Source: Bacillota bacterium
GTDB lineage: Bacteria > Bacillota > Clostridia > Lachnospirales > Lachnospiraceae
Assembly (NCBI GenBank): GCA_023392995.1
Contig: JAEWMZ010000249.1
Span: 5,199-69,198 of the forward strand
DNA: 64,000 nucleotides
Direction of reading: 5' to 3'
A program made the position numbers and the translations under genes. Every line of letters starts with the position of its first letter. Position 1 is the stretch's first letter. This document shows, piece by piece, positions 17,849 to 28,549 of the stretch. The notes beneath the pieces were generated by a model. The model made no database searches. It saw only the letters and a program-made list of their open reading frames with translations, and had not been told where the DNA came from.

Positions 17849-20365
17849 ATGTTAGGAGTATGGAATAGTACAATTCAAACTGAGCAAGGAGATTTAAAGA
17901 TTCTAATTTATGTAGAAGATATTGAAGGTATTAAATTTACAGTAATAAATGATCCGGTGCCAATATTTGAAACATTAAGTGTAAAAACAAATGACAATCA
18001 GCTTCATGCTATATGTAAGAGTTCATTTGAGCAGTATATACCAGGGCAGATAATCTTTGATTTATGCTTTGAAAAAGATATTTTTCATGGAAGTGTTTCA
18101 ATGTTTGGCAAGGAGATACCACTGCAAGGAACAAGAGGGCGAGATGTAACGAACACGGAACAATTAATCCAAAAAATTCAGCCTTATAGAAAAGAAAATG
18201 TCAGACAAAGAAGTGATGAGGAAATCAAGTCAGCAGTTCTCAAATTACTTCGTAAAATGAGCTTAGAAGAAAAAATAGGACAGATGTGTCAATGTATATC
18301 TTCTGATTATTCATTTGGTACTGCTATAGAATCTGAGTCCCCAGAAAAGCTGGTTGCAGAGGGAAAAGCAGGTACAGTCTTAGGTGCATACGACATTAAC
18401 CGCTCCTTTGAATTACAAAAGATAGCAGTAGAGCAATCTCCGCATAAAATTCCACTATTTTTTAATTGTGATATAATTCACGGATTTCAAACAATATTTC
18501 CTGTTCCCTTAGCATGGTCATGCAGTTGGGATATGGAGGCAATTAAAAAAGCATGTGCCATTGCAGCAAAAGAATCAACAGCATCCGGTATTACGTATAA
18601 TAATAGTCCGATGGTAGACGTGACTAGAGATGCTCGCTGGGGTCGTGTGATGGAAGGTGCAGGGGAAGATCCTTATCTTGGTTCCTTGATTGCTAAGGCA
18701 CAGGTAGAAGGGTTTCAAGGAGATAGTCTTTTTAGTGAAGAGACATTCATTGCCTGCTTGAAACATTTTATAGCATATGGTGCATCAGAGGCTGGAAGAG
18801 ATTATAATACGGTTGATATATCAGAATGGACCTTGCGCAACTTTTATTTAAAACCATTTGAAGCTGGAGTTAGAGCAGGAGCAGGATCCGTTATGAATGC
18901 CTTTAATATCTATGATGGAATTCCAATGGCAGGTAATCAATATTTACTTAAGGATGTGTTAAGAAAAGAACTTGGTTTTGATGGTATGATTATTTCGGAT
19001 TATGGAGCAGTTGAGGAAATTAAAATCCATGGATGCGCGAAGGATAACGCGGCTGCTGCAAAGATGGCTTTAGATGCTACTTTGGATATAGAGATGGTAA
19101 CCAGAGTTTATGCCAATGAGTTACCTAAATTATTAGAGCAGGGAAAAATCAGCGAAGAACAAATTGACGCCGCTGTTTGTCGCATTCTTACCTATAAATA
19201 TAAAATTGGTATTATGGATGATCCGTTCCGATACATACGTCCAGAAAAAGAAGCAGAATATCATTTTTCAGCTGAGCACTTGGAACATAGTCGTGATCTG
19301 GCGAGAAAATCTATTGTACTACTTAAGAATAATAATGTACTACCATTGCAAAAAAATAAAAAAATAGCTCTGATCGGACCTTTTGCTACTAGCAAGGATT
19401 TACTTGGGGCATGGCAGTTTACGAAGCATTCGAATGATACCGTTACAATCTATCAGGGATTACGAGAAAAGGGAATTACTAAGGAACAAATTTTATGTGA
19501 ATCTGGTTGTAATATAGATAGCAGCATTGATGGTGGATTGGATAAAGCGATAGAGGCAGCTAAAGCAGCCGATGTTGTGGTGCTGGCGTTGGGTGAAAGC
19601 AGCAGAATGACAGGTGAAAATGCATCCAGAGCTGACATAAGTTTACCAAAAGTACAGATGCAATTAGCAGAAGAAATTGTGAAGCTTGGCAAACCAACCG
19701 TGTTGGTATTAACGAATGGCAGACCGTTAGTATTAGAATGGTTCGATAAGAATATGGATGGCATTGTAGAAACTTGGTTTTTAGGTTCACAGGCTGGCCA
19801 TGCTATTGCAGATGTACTTATAGGAGATTTTAATCCTTCAGGCAGACTTACCATGAGCTTCCCATACCATGTGGGTCAGGAACCTTTATATTATAACCAT
19901 TTTAACACAGGCAGACCTCAAACCAGCAATAGCCAAACAGTAGAATTTTTAACAAGATATCTTGATGTTCCTAATGATCCGCTCTATCCATTTGGCTATG
20001 GACTTTCCTATACAACATTTGAATATTCCGATCTCCTACTTGATAAAGAATTATTAAATCGAAATGAGGAATTGAATATTAGTATTACCGTTAAAAACAC
20101 CGGTAATTACGAGGGGAAAGAGACTGTACAGCTTTATATTCAAGACTTATATGGATCTACCGTTAGACCGGTAAAAGAGCTTAAGGGATTCCAAAAGATT
20201 GATTTAAGACCAGGGGAAAGTCAAAAGGTATCTTTTATTTTGTCGGAAGAGGAACTGAAATTTTATACAGCGAGACGTCGTTATGAAGCAGAAGCAGGAG
20301 AATTCAAAGTTTTTATAGGAGGTAATAGTAAAGATTTAAAGGAAGCTTCTTTTGAATTAATTTAA
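17849..20365 (+). CDS. GH3 beta-glucosidase (BglX-like) with an extra ~120-aa N-terminal region
   Basis: MSLEEKIGQM, RWGRVMEGAGEDP, CLKHF, IISDY nucleophile, YPFGYGLSY, Fn3-like end. Confidence 0.9.
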   Translation: MLGVWNSTIQTEQGDLKILIYVEDIEGIKFTVINDPVPIFETLSVKTNDNQLHAICKSSFEQYIPGQIIFDLCFEKDIFHGSVSMFGKEIPLQGTRGRDVTNTEQLIQKIQPYRKENVRQRSDEEIKSAVLKLLRKMSLEEKIGQMCQCISSDYSFGTAIESESPEKLVAEGKAGTVLGAYDINRSFELQKIAVEQSPHKIPLFFNCDIIHGFQTIFPVPLAWSCSWDMEAIKKACAIAAKESTASGITYNNSPMVDVTRDARWGRVMEGAGEDPYLGSLIAKAQVEGFQGDSLFSEETFIACLKHFIAYGASEAGRDYNTVDISEWTLRNFYLKPFEAGVRAGAGSVMNAFNIYDGIPMAGNQYLLKDVLRKELGFDGMIISDYGAVEEIKIHGCAKDNAAAAKMALDATLDIEMVTRVYANELPKLLEQGKISEEQIDAAVCRILTYKYKIGIMDDPFRYIRPEKEAEYHFSAEHLEHSRDLARKSIVLLKNNNVLPLQKNKKIALIGPFATSKDLLGAWQFTKHSNDTVTIYQGLREKGITKEQILCESGCNIDSSIDGGLDKAIEAAKAADVVVLALGESSRMTGENASRADISLPKVQMQLAEEIVKLGKPTVLVLTNGRPLVLEWFDKNMDGIVETWFLGSQAGHAIADVLIGDFNPSGRLTMSFPYHVGQEPLYYNHFNTGRPQTSNSQTVEFLTRYLDVPNDPLYPFGYGLSYTTFEYSDLLLDKELLNRNEELNISITVKNTGNYEGKETVQLYIQDLYGSTVRPVKELKGFQKIDLRPGESQKVSFILSEEELKFYTARRRYEAEAGEFKVFIGGNSKDLKEASFELI

Positions 20366-20489
20366 AGGTGAAAATAAGATTTTAGCAATATTTAATTGTT
20401 AAATACCAAAAGAGAGCTTTTTCGAATGCAATAAGAATACATATCGGCAAAACTTTTGAAGACCAAATTAATAAGAAAAGGAGAAGAAT

Positions 20490-21488
20490 ATGAAATCAGA
20501 AGTCATTATTTTAGACAAAGAAAAAGAGGTAACATTAACTACCTACCTATTAGATTCCTCAAAGGAATTTACGAATATTAAATCACGTCCTGCAATACTG
20601 GTATTACCGGGTGGTGGTTATACGATGTGCTCGGACAGGGAAGCCGAACCGGTTGCGATGGCTTATGTTGCTGAAGGATATCATGCATTTGTTCTTCGCT
20701 ACAGCGTTGGTGAAAATGCAAAATGGCCAAATCCATTAAATGATGCTGAATCCGCTTTAGAATTAATAAGAGCAAATAGTTCTTCTTGGGGAATTGATCC
20801 GATGAAGATAGCAGTGATTGGATTTTCTGCGGGTGGTCATCTTGCAGCAACACTTTCAACAATGGGTAGAATAAAGCCGAATGCAATGATTCTTGGATAT
20901 CCTTGCATATTAGAAGAAATTGGAGCCATTCTTGCAACCCCAGTTCCTGGGCTTGTTGATAAGGTGGATTCTACTACTCCACCAGCATTCTTGTTTGCAA
21001 CACGTGATGATAGCTTAGTTCCTGTAAGAAATTCACTCCGTTTTATGGATGTTCTTGATCAAGCTCGGATACCGTTTGAAGCACATATATTTTATAGTGG
21101 TCAACATGGAATATCACTTGCAAAAAGCCATACATCCTCCGGTTTTATAGGTAATGTAAATCTGAATATAGCTAAGTGGTTTGATATGAGTATTGAGTGG
21201 CTAAAGCAAGTTCTGGGTGATTTCAAAGCAGATCAAAATTACGTTGAGCTGAATGTGGATAACAATACAGAAGTATATAGTATTAATAACTCCATACGGT
21301 CGTTACTGGAAAACATGGAATGCAAGAATATATTAATTGAGAATGTGCCATTATTTATGGATGAGGAAATGATACAACCTGCTTTAGATATCTCCCTTCA
21401 AATGATGAGCCAATATGCAAGGGATGTAGTTACAAAAGAAATATTACAGGAGATAGAGAAAAAACTTAATCTGATTAAGAGAAGGTAA
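20490..21488 (+). CDS. Alpha/beta hydrolase (carbohydrate esterase-like) with a C-terminal helical tail
   Basis: PGGGY, GFSAGG nucleophile elbow, DDSLVP, HG. Confidence 0.85.
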   Translation: MKSEVIILDKEKEVTLTTYLLDSSKEFTNIKSRPAILVLPGGGYTMCSDREAEPVAMAYVAEGYHAFVLRYSVGENAKWPNPLNDAESALELIRANSSSWGIDPMKIAVIGFSAGGHLAATLSTMGRIKPNAMILGYPCILEEIGAILATPVPGLVDKVDSTTPPAFLFATRDDSLVPVRNSLRFMDVLDQARIPFEAHIFYSGQHGISLAKSHTSSGFIGNVNLNIAKWFDMSIEWLKQVLGDFKADQNYVELNVDNNTEVYSINNSIRSLLENMECKNILIENVPLFMDEEMIQPALDISLQMMSQYARDVVTKEILQEIEKKLNLIKRR

Positions 21489-21524
21489 CTAAGTTAATAT
21501 TAGATAGAATTCATTCTTCGAAAC

Positions 21525-21566
21525 AGACGGCTCGCTTCACTTTTGCAGAGGTGAAGCGAGCCGTCT
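21525..21566 (+). terminator. Perfect 16-bp stem hairpin after the esterase gene
   Basis: AGACGGCTCGCTTCAC / GTGAAGCGAGCCGTCT. Confidence 0.75.
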
Positions 21567-21763
21567 TAATTTATATCTATGTGAATTGTATCACAGTGTA
21601 TATCTTATTAAACAGGCAGTATCAGGTATATGTTGGCAATATTGCTGATGCAAAGGCTAGGCTGGAAAAAAATGAATAAAATCAACGAGATGGATAAAGA
21701 TTACACGCAGGCTCAATCTGGATTATGAACAGCATTTACAAATTAATTAGCTAAGGAGAATAG

Positions 21764-23167
21764 ATGAAAAAAATACAAGAACAGATTTCAATGGATAGGG
21801 AGAGACTAACTTTAAAGGAGCGTATCATAGCCTCATCTGGTAGTCTATCAGCTTGCATTGATTTACTCATGATTCAAACTTTTTTGCTTTACTATTATAC
21901 GGACGTTATTAAGATTAATGCCGTTTTTGCAGGAGGCCTACTCTTGATTTCCAGGATTATTGCAGCGATTGCAGTACCGATCGCCGGAGTTTTCTTTGAC
22001 AGGTCAACAACCCCGTGGGGGAAATATAAACCCTATTATCTTTTGTTAGGAATACCAACAGCTTTCTTTGGTTTTCTAACCTTTACCAATTTCAATTTGG
22101 GAACTGAAGGGAAATATATATATGCTGCTATCACATTTTTTATATATAACTTATTAGTTTCTATTGGAGGCATTCCTAAGGGGGCTATGGGACCGGCATT
22201 GACCAAGAGTATAGAGGATCGGCTGTCACTAGGAGTATTGGGTTTTATATTTTCCGTTGTTGGGTCAATTATTGCAATGTCTGTAGGAACATTGTTGATT
22301 AAAGTGCTCGGAGGATCCAATGAGGCAAAGGGCTATAGTTTAACTATGGCAATATTTGCATCGTTATGTGTATTAATTGCAATACTCCAATTCGTTTTTC
22401 TCGAAGAGAAATATATCAACACAGAGAAGGCTTCGACATCGCATTATCCTTATAAAACATTATTATCTACAATATTTCGGAATAAGACGGCTGTGATTGT
22501 TCTGATGATTACGCTTTCCATTAGTCTTTCAAATGGTATAAGAATGGCAGTATCGATTCATTTTTTAAAATATTATTTTCACAGACCAGAATTGATGGCA
22601 ACAGTAGGGTTGATATCGATGATAGGATTGATTGCAGGAGCATTCTTAAGTTCCAAGCTTACTAAAACATTTGGAGTAAAACGAATACTGATGATATCTT
22701 ATCTGATTATCATAGTATCCTTCATTGCGATGTATCCGGTTAATACACGTATAAGTGGTTTGATATGCTATCTATTGTTCACCCTAATAAATAACTTCTT
22801 CAATGGTCTTTCATCACCTGCCCAGAGTACATTAATGCCAGGTGTCATTGATTATTGCGAGTGGAAAACTGGTATAAGTACAGGAGCATTTATGAATTCA
22901 TTAAATTCAGTTGTCTCAACGGTGGGTACAGCAATTGCAGGGGTATTCGTTGGAGCGGTACTTGCATTTTCCGGATATCAACCGAATGTAGAGCAGACTC
23001 AGACTTCACTTAACGGGATAAAATTCTTAATCAGTATAGCCCCGGCAATTACTTGTATACTCTCGTTAGTAGTTATTCGAATAGATCGTACAGAAAAGGA
23101 GCACGAGAAGATCGCGAAGGAACTGATAGAACGTAGTAAAAAAGTAAAAGGAAATGAGATATCCTAG
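21764..23167 (+). CDS. GPH-family (MelB/GusB-like) MFS glycoside:cation symporter
   Basis: YYTDV, DRSTTPWGKYKPY, IDYCEWKTG; about 12 hydrophobic segments. Confidence 0.9.
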   Translation: MKKIQEQISMDRERLTLKERIIASSGSLSACIDLLMIQTFLLYYYTDVIKINAVFAGGLLLISRIIAAIAVPIAGVFFDRSTTPWGKYKPYYLLLGIPTAFFGFLTFTNFNLGTEGKYIYAAITFFIYNLLVSIGGIPKGAMGPALTKSIEDRLSLGVLGFIFSVVGSIIAMSVGTLLIKVLGGSNEAKGYSLTMAIFASLCVLIAILQFVFLEEKYINTEKASTSHYPYKTLLSTIFRNKTAVIVLMITLSISLSNGIRMAVSIHFLKYYFHRPELMATVGLISMIGLIAGAFLSSKLTKTFGVKRILMISYLIIIVSFIAMYPVNTRISGLICYLLFTLINNFFNGLSSPAQSTLMPGVIDYCEWKTGISTGAFMNSLNSVVSTVGTAIAGVFVGAVLAFSGYQPNVEQTQTSLNGIKFLISIAPAITCILSLVVIRIDRTEKEHEKIAKELIERSKKVKGNEIS

Positions 23168-23226
23168 AGGAAGATGTTGCTTTGAATCATATGGACAACC
23201 CGATAAAGTAATGTATTTTCACGTGA

Positions 23227-24276
23227 TTAAGAGGCATTTGGAAGCTGAATAGTGAATTCACTTCCCTGACCAAGCTCGCTTTGAACCTGTATGGTACCAC
23301 CGCATAAGCTGACAATACGGTATACCAAGGACAATCCAAGTCCGTTCCCATCACGGGTTCTGGATTTATCTGCTTGGTAGAATTTCTCGAAAACATGCTT
23401 TTTTTCCTGGGAGGATATTCCGATACCGGTATCTTTCACGGAAACGCAGACCATCTGCGGATTGTTTTCAAGGGTTATAAGGATTTTTCCTCCTTTTGGA
23501 GTGAATTTAATGGCATTAGACAATAAATTCGTCCAGACCTGCATCATTAAATCTTCGTTGCCAAACAGAAATGTTTTTGGCAAATCCAAATCTAACTCCA
23601 GCTCCTTTTCCGTCCAGGCATTTTCCAGAAACAGTATTGCTTGACGCAGCTGTTCATCCAGGCGGTAGGAAGTCTGGTCTAAAATTTTATCCTGATTTTC
23701 CAGCTTTGATAGCTTAAGAATATTAGAGGTAAGGGCACTGAACTGTCTGGTGCTCTCAAGTATCATGCAGGTATACTGTAACCGCTCCTCCTCTGTAAGC
23801 TCACTGTCTTGGAGTAAAGTTGTAAATCCCTCGATGGCAGCAATGGGGGTTTTGAATTCATGGGATATGTTTGCAATAAAATCATTCCGCATCATTTCTA
23901 TACTCGAAAGTTCGTGGGCCATTTGATTGAAATTTGTTAAGGTTTCCGTTATTTCTTTGATCTGACTGGAGGTCTCCAGCTTCACATTGAAATTTCCGCC
24001 GGCTATTTCCCTTGAGGCATGATTTAACTTGGTTATGGGTGTCAGTATCCGTTTTCCTACTAGAGATGTTATGCTGGTTCCGATCAGGATGCTAATTACA
24101 AGAACAGCAATGATGGCAAAGGGAATACTAAATTCTAGCCGGCCCAGTAAATTAGTATTGATGGCAAAGAGAACAATGAAATACATAATGACCGAGGTCG
24201 TAACCATTATGGCAAAAACAATCATTACGAAGTATTGCCAGAGACTTGATTGTCTTTTCCTTTTCTGCTTATACAT
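23227..24276 (-). CDS. Sensor histidine kinase (HAMP-HisKA-HATPase)
   Basis: SHEFKTP, NAIKF, DTGIG, GNGLGL. Confidence 0.95.
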   Translation of the reverse strand: MYKQKRKRQSSLWQYFVMIVFAIMVTTSVIMYFIVLFAINTNLLGRLEFSIPFAIIAVLVISILIGTSITSLVGKRILTPITKLNHASREIAGGNFNVKLETSSQIKEITETLTNFNQMAHELSSIEMMRNDFIANISHEFKTPIAAIEGFTTLLQDSELTEEERLQYTCMILESTRQFSALTSNILKLSKLENQDKILDQTSYRLDEQLRQAILFLENAWTEKELELDLDLPKTFLFGNEDLMMQVWTNLLSNAIKFTPKGGKILITLENNPQMVCVSVKDTGIGISSQEKKHVFEKFYQADKSRTRDGNGLGLSLVYRIVSLCGGTIQVQSELGQGSEFTIQLPNAS

Positions 24277-24305
24277 GATCGTTCCTTTCCGGTGTATGTA
24301 AACCT

Positions 24306-24995
24306 TTAATTATTCGTCATTGTTTCCGGTTTTACCATTTTATAACCCAGACCGTGTACAGTAATAATTTTGATATCCTTATTGTCCTTGAGCCGGTCTC
24401 GTATGCGGTTAATATGAACATCTACCGTCCGCTCTTCGGAATCTGTATCCATGCCCCATATTTCCTCCATTAATTTCTGCCTGGTAAAAGTCTTTCCAGG
24501 GTAGGACATCAGTTTATATAGGATATAAAATTCTTTTTGAGGCAATTGTACTTCTTTTCCCTCATAGATGATTGCCAGACTATCATAGATAAGGGAGGTA
24601 CTTCCCCAAAGTATTTTGTGCTCCGATACAATCTTTGCTCTTCTCATTAGGGCATGTATTCGAAGAATCATTTCATTTACATCTACAGGTTTTATCATAT
24701 AATCGTCGGTTCCGACAAGAAAACCACGTTTTTTATCTTCGAAGGTATCCTTTGCAGTTATCATCAGTACTGGAATGGCAGGGTTGTATTCTCGTAAAAG
24801 CTTTGTCAATCCAAATCCATCCAGATTTGGCATCATAATATCGGTTATAACCAGATCAATATGTTCACGTTCCATGATATCAAGGGCTACTTCACCGTCC
24901 TCGGCAGGAAGTGGATTAAAATTATTTTTCTTTAGAACGGTACAAAATAAATGACGTAATTTTGAATCATCTTCTACTACAAGTATATTTAGCAT
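24306..24995 (-). CDS. OmpR-family response regulator (HssR-like)
   Basis: VEDD, DIMMP, KP, RTVDVHI, GLGY. Confidence 0.95.
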   Translation of the reverse strand: MLNILVVEDDSKLRHLFCTVLKKNNFNPLPAEDGEVALDIMEREHIDLVITDIMMPNLDGFGLTKLLREYNPAIPVLMITAKDTFEDKKRGFLVGTDDYMIKPVDVNEMILRIHALMRRAKIVSEHKILWGSTSLIYDSLAIIYEGKEVQLPQKEFYILYKLMSYPGKTFTRQKLMEEIWGMDTDSEERTVDVHINRIRDRLKDNKDIKIITVHGLGYKMVKPETMTNN

Positions 24996-25210
24996 AAATC
25001 CTCCTTCTTAAAATTTTATGAATGTATTATACCACTCAGATGTAAACAAATTTTAAACTGTACAAATTATTATATCATAGATAGTAGTATTTTATATATG
25101 TAATGGTCCAAATTGCGAGCGCCATAATTATCTATCCTTGTAAAGTTAATAAAAAGTTTAAATTAGATTGCTATAATCATGATATTAAAAATGAAACATT
25201 AGGAGGAAAC

Positions 25211-26536
25211 ATGTTAACTTATTTAAAAAAAATGAAGACAAGTATTAAAGTAGTAATAGCTTCACTATTTGTAGTATTTATAACGGGAGGTATCGTATTC
25301 TTTCACCTGACGGTTTATCAGGAGGATAAAAATTACAAACCGGCACCGAATGATGAGAATTTTCGTACAGCTCTTTCCGTAAGCCCTTTTTCCGGAGAAG
25401 CTTTTGAAAAAGGATATCAGTATAAGGCAGGAGATTTATCTGCCGAAAACAGAGAGGAACTGGAGAAAGTTTATATGGAAGCCGGTGCTACCGAAATGTA
25501 TGCGAGGATAGCAACAAAACGTTTTAAGACCAAGGATAATATAGTAAAAGGAGAACTTGATTCCAATGCCAATTACCATACCCTGGAGCAGGGACTTGAA
25601 CTATGCAGGCTGGCGGCAAAACAAAACATTCCAATTAATCCCGAAATCATGTGTGCCTATACCTATATGGATATGGACAGACAGCAGGCACCGGATTTCA
25701 GTGAGTATCCTGAAATTTATGAGCTTCAGAACGGTAAGGCCTGGGAAGAGCTGACATTGGAGGAAATGTGCACTGTGCTAAAGGCTTACGGTGAATTCGT
25801 AGCTACGGAAATCTTAAAAACCGGATGCACCGTTGACAACTGGAATATCGGAAATGAAGCTAATTATGGATTTGCCGGAGTAAATGTAGGGTTAAAAACC
25901 GCGGTCAATGGAAAGCTGGCAAAGGTACCCGCCTGGAAGAAAAATATTCTTCCGGTACTGGGAACAAGCTGGCTGAAAAATAATGTATGGAAATATAATG
26001 CAAAACAAATGGTTGCAGTGGCGGAAGGCATAAAGTCTGCTTACGAAAAGCTGGATATTGATTCCAGCGGAATCAAATTTTCCACCCATATAGCTACTGT
26101 TGTAACAACCGTGCATAATGCAGTCACATATTTTAAGACTCTGCAGGAAAATGGCTTTCCTTTGGATACCGCCGGAATTAGTTTCTATCCCAGTGCGCCG
26201 GGTGTATATATTAATAAGATTACCATGTTTAAGAAAATTGTTACGGCCATAAATGAGGAATGTAATATACCAGTGTTCGTTGCAGAATTTTCCTATCCCT
26301 CCGGAGAGGTTGAAGGAGCATATGCCGGCTGGTCCAATACGGTTAAAGGATATCCACATAATGAAGAAGGACAGGCTGCTATTTACAGGGATATTGTAGA
26401 TTGGGGGAAAACCCATGGCCTGGCAGGTATCCGCTATTGGGCACCAGATTTCAGCGGCTGGGGAAGCATGTCCATGTTTTCCTACGATAACAAAGAGGCA
26501 GCTGCAAAAGAAATTATATTACAGCAGCTGAAATAA
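25211..26536 (+). CDS. Clan GH-A glycoside hydrolase, GH53-like, with an N-terminal membrane anchor or signal
   Basis: AGGAGG RBS before ATG 25211; IGNE acid/base, SFYP, VAEFSYP nucleophile, GIRYW. Confidence 0.65.
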   Translation: MLTYLKKMKTSIKVVIASLFVVFITGGIVFFHLTVYQEDKNYKPAPNDENFRTALSVSPFSGEAFEKGYQYKAGDLSAENREELEKVYMEAGATEMYARIATKRFKTKDNIVKGELDSNANYHTLEQGLELCRLAAKQNIPINPEIMCAYTYMDMDRQQAPDFSEYPEIYELQNGKAWEELTLEEMCTVLKAYGEFVATEILKTGCTVDNWNIGNEANYGFAGVNVGLKTAVNGKLAKVPAWKKNILPVLGTSWLKNNVWKYNAKQMVAVAEGIKSAYEKLDIDSSGIKFSTHIATVVTTVHNAVTYFKTLQENGFPLDTAGISFYPSAPGVYINKITMFKKIVTAINEECNIPVFVAEFSYPSGEVEGAYAGWSNTVKGYPHNEEGQAAIYRDIVDWGKTHGLAGIRYWAPDFSGWGSMSMFSYDNKEAAAKEIILQQLK

Positions 26537-26626
26537 TTGGGAAGCAGGATTTGTTGCAGTTACCCATAATACTGTAAATTAGCATTCATTAACTATGAAA
26601 GATATCCAGTAAAAGAAAGGATAATT

Positions 26627-26767
26627 ATGATAGAAAAAACCTATATGAAAATGAAGAACATTGGAATTACGAATATTGTGTTTGGCATATTAAGTATAGT
26701 TGTAGGAATAGTCAGTATATGGGGGGGCAAGAATTTATTGAAAAGCAAAAATAAATTACTTTTTTGA
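26627..26767 (+). CDS. Small 46-aa single-pass membrane protein (below the ORF-track cutoff)
   Basis: GAAAGGA RBS; MIEKTYMKMKNIGITNIVFGILSIVVGIVSIWGGKNLLKSKNKLLF*. Confidence 0.65.
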   Translation: MIEKTYMKMKNIGITNIVFGILSIVVGIVSIWGGKNLLKSKNKLLF

Positions 26768-27337
26768 AAAGAATACTTTACTGTCATCATATATGGAAAC
26801 GGCATTGTCTGACAAACGGAAAATCATCTCAGCCAATTCCTCGGGACTCACGTCAAAGCCGGCTTCAAACCATTTTGTTATTAAGCTTAAACAGCCCATA
26901 GTCACATAGCGGTATATATAGTTGGAGGTTTTTTCATCACATTGCAGGTTCAGGTTAATTTTTAAATTCCCGATGGAGGTATTAATAAAGGCTGTCTGGA
27001 AGGACATATTTTCCTGGCGGCATAGTAAGGTATAAAAAATATCGGAATTTGCTTTCATATAATACAGGAGTTCTTTCAGATAATGAAGATTGTTTAAATC
27101 GGAATCTATTTTTTTAAGATGTTCCTTTGCATGAAGCAAAAGCTCTTCTTCGATCTCTTTTAAAAGAGCAAACTGGTCCGTATAGTAAAGGTAGAAGGTG
27201 GAGCGGTTGATATCAGCATTTTCACACAGCTCTTTAACGGTGATTTTATTGATGGATTTGGTATGCATCAGTTCAATTAAGCTGTTTTTCAGCAGCGCTT
27301 TTGTGAACTTTATCCGCTGGTTTTCCTTTTTTTTCAT
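26756..27337 (-). CDS. TetR/AcrR family regulator
   Basis: ITVKELCENADINRSTFYLYY HTH. Confidence 0.95.
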   Translation of the reverse strand: MKKKENQRIKFTKALLKNSLIELMHTKSINKITVKELCENADINRSTFYLYYTDQFALLKEIEEELLLHAKEHLKKIDSDLNNLHYLKELLYYMKANSDIFYTLLCRQENMSFQTAFINTSIGNLKINLNLQCDEKTSNYIYRYVTMGCLSLITKWFEAGFDVSPEELAEMIFRLSDNAVSIYDDSKVFFSKK

Positions 27338-27456
27338 GTAAGAGATTCCTTTCTTAGTCTGGGCGGTGATTAATTTGTTGAATTATGATGATTTAATGAC
27401 ATTTTTGGTGAATGTGTCTATCTTGTGACAAATTTAATAATACTGATGGTTGTAAG

Positions 27457-27473
27457 ATAGACACTGTGTCAAT
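27457..27473. promoter_or_regulatory. Candidate TetR operator
   Basis: Near-palindrome ATAGACACTGTGTCAAT in the divergent intergenic region. Confidence 0.55.
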
Positions 27474-27533
27474 TATTATATAGCTATACAAATGATAAGT
27501 CAAGTAAAAGGATTTCAAAAAGGAGGGTAGTAT

Positions 27534-28547
27534 ATGAAAGTATTTATGATAGGTGGTACGGGGTTACTGGGCAGCGAAGCAGCAAAGGAATTAATAAACA
27601 GAGGCCATGAGGTGATATCAATTGCACTGCCGCCTCTGCCAACCGGAGCGGTATTACCGCCGCAGATGAAAATTGAGTTTGGAAATTATCTGGAGATGTC
27701 CGATGATGAACTGAAAAAATATTTTAAGGGTTGTGAAGGTTTTGTATTTGCAGCTGGAGTGGACGAAAGGGTGGAAGGGCCTGCCCCAATTTATGATTTA
27801 TTTCGGAAATATAATATAGACCCCGTAAAGCGGCTTCTTCGCTTGGCCAGGGAATGTGGGGTAAAGCATTCGGTTATTTGCGGTTCCTATTTTGCTTATT
27901 TTAATAAAATCTGGCCGGAAAAGGAGCTTACCAAATGGCATCCATATATCCGAAGCAGAAGGGATCAGGAGGAAGCAGCCATGTCCATGGCAGATAAGGA
28001 TTTTCATGTAGCGGTTTTAGAACTTCCTTATATCTTTGGAACCCAGCCGGGACGTAAGCCGGTATGGATGTTCCTGGTAGAAAGTATAAGAAACATGAAA
28101 GGGGTTACCCTTTATCCCAAAGGCGGAACTACTATGGTTACGGTAGTTCAGGTAGCACAAGCTATCGCAGGAGCTATTGAAAGGAATAAAGGCGGTAATT
28201 GCTATCCCATAGGCTATTATAATATGGAATGGAAGGACATGTTATCCATCGTCCATAAACACCTGGGTTGTCCCGGAAAAAAGATTGTTACAATACCGAA
28301 TTGGATGTATGCCGCTGGTGGCAGAAAACTTATGAAAGAGCAGCAGAAGAAGAATCAGGAAGGTGGACTTCATATGGTTAAATTCACGGAACTTCAGTGC
28401 TCTAAGCAATTCATAGATAAGACGTTAGGGAGTATACCGCTTGGGGTAAAGCCTGATGATATAGATAAGGCAATAGGGGATTCTATTCGTTTATGTCTTA
28501 ATATCATGGATAAAAAAGTAAATGTACTGGATATGAAAGGAGAATAA
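27534..28547 (+). CDS. Extended SDR (NAD-dependent epimerase/dehydratase family), atypical YxxxR
   Basis: GGTGLLG Rossmann motif; PYIRSR at the YxxxK position. Confidence 0.8.
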   Translation: MKVFMIGGTGLLGSEAAKELINRGHEVISIALPPLPTGAVLPPQMKIEFGNYLEMSDDELKKYFKGCEGFVFAAGVDERVEGPAPIYDLFRKYNIDPVKRLLRLARECGVKHSVICGSYFAYFNKIWPEKELTKWHPYIRSRRDQEEAAMSMADKDFHVAVLELPYIFGTQPGRKPVWMFLVESIRNMKGVTLYPKGGTTMVTVVQVAQAIAGAIERNKGGNCYPIGYYNMEWKDMLSIVHKHLGCPGKKIVTIPNWMYAAGGRKLMKEQQKKNQEGGLHMVKFTELQCSKQFIDKTLGSIPLGVKPDDIDKAIGDSIRLCLNIMDKKVNVLDMKGE

Positions 28548-28549
28548 AA

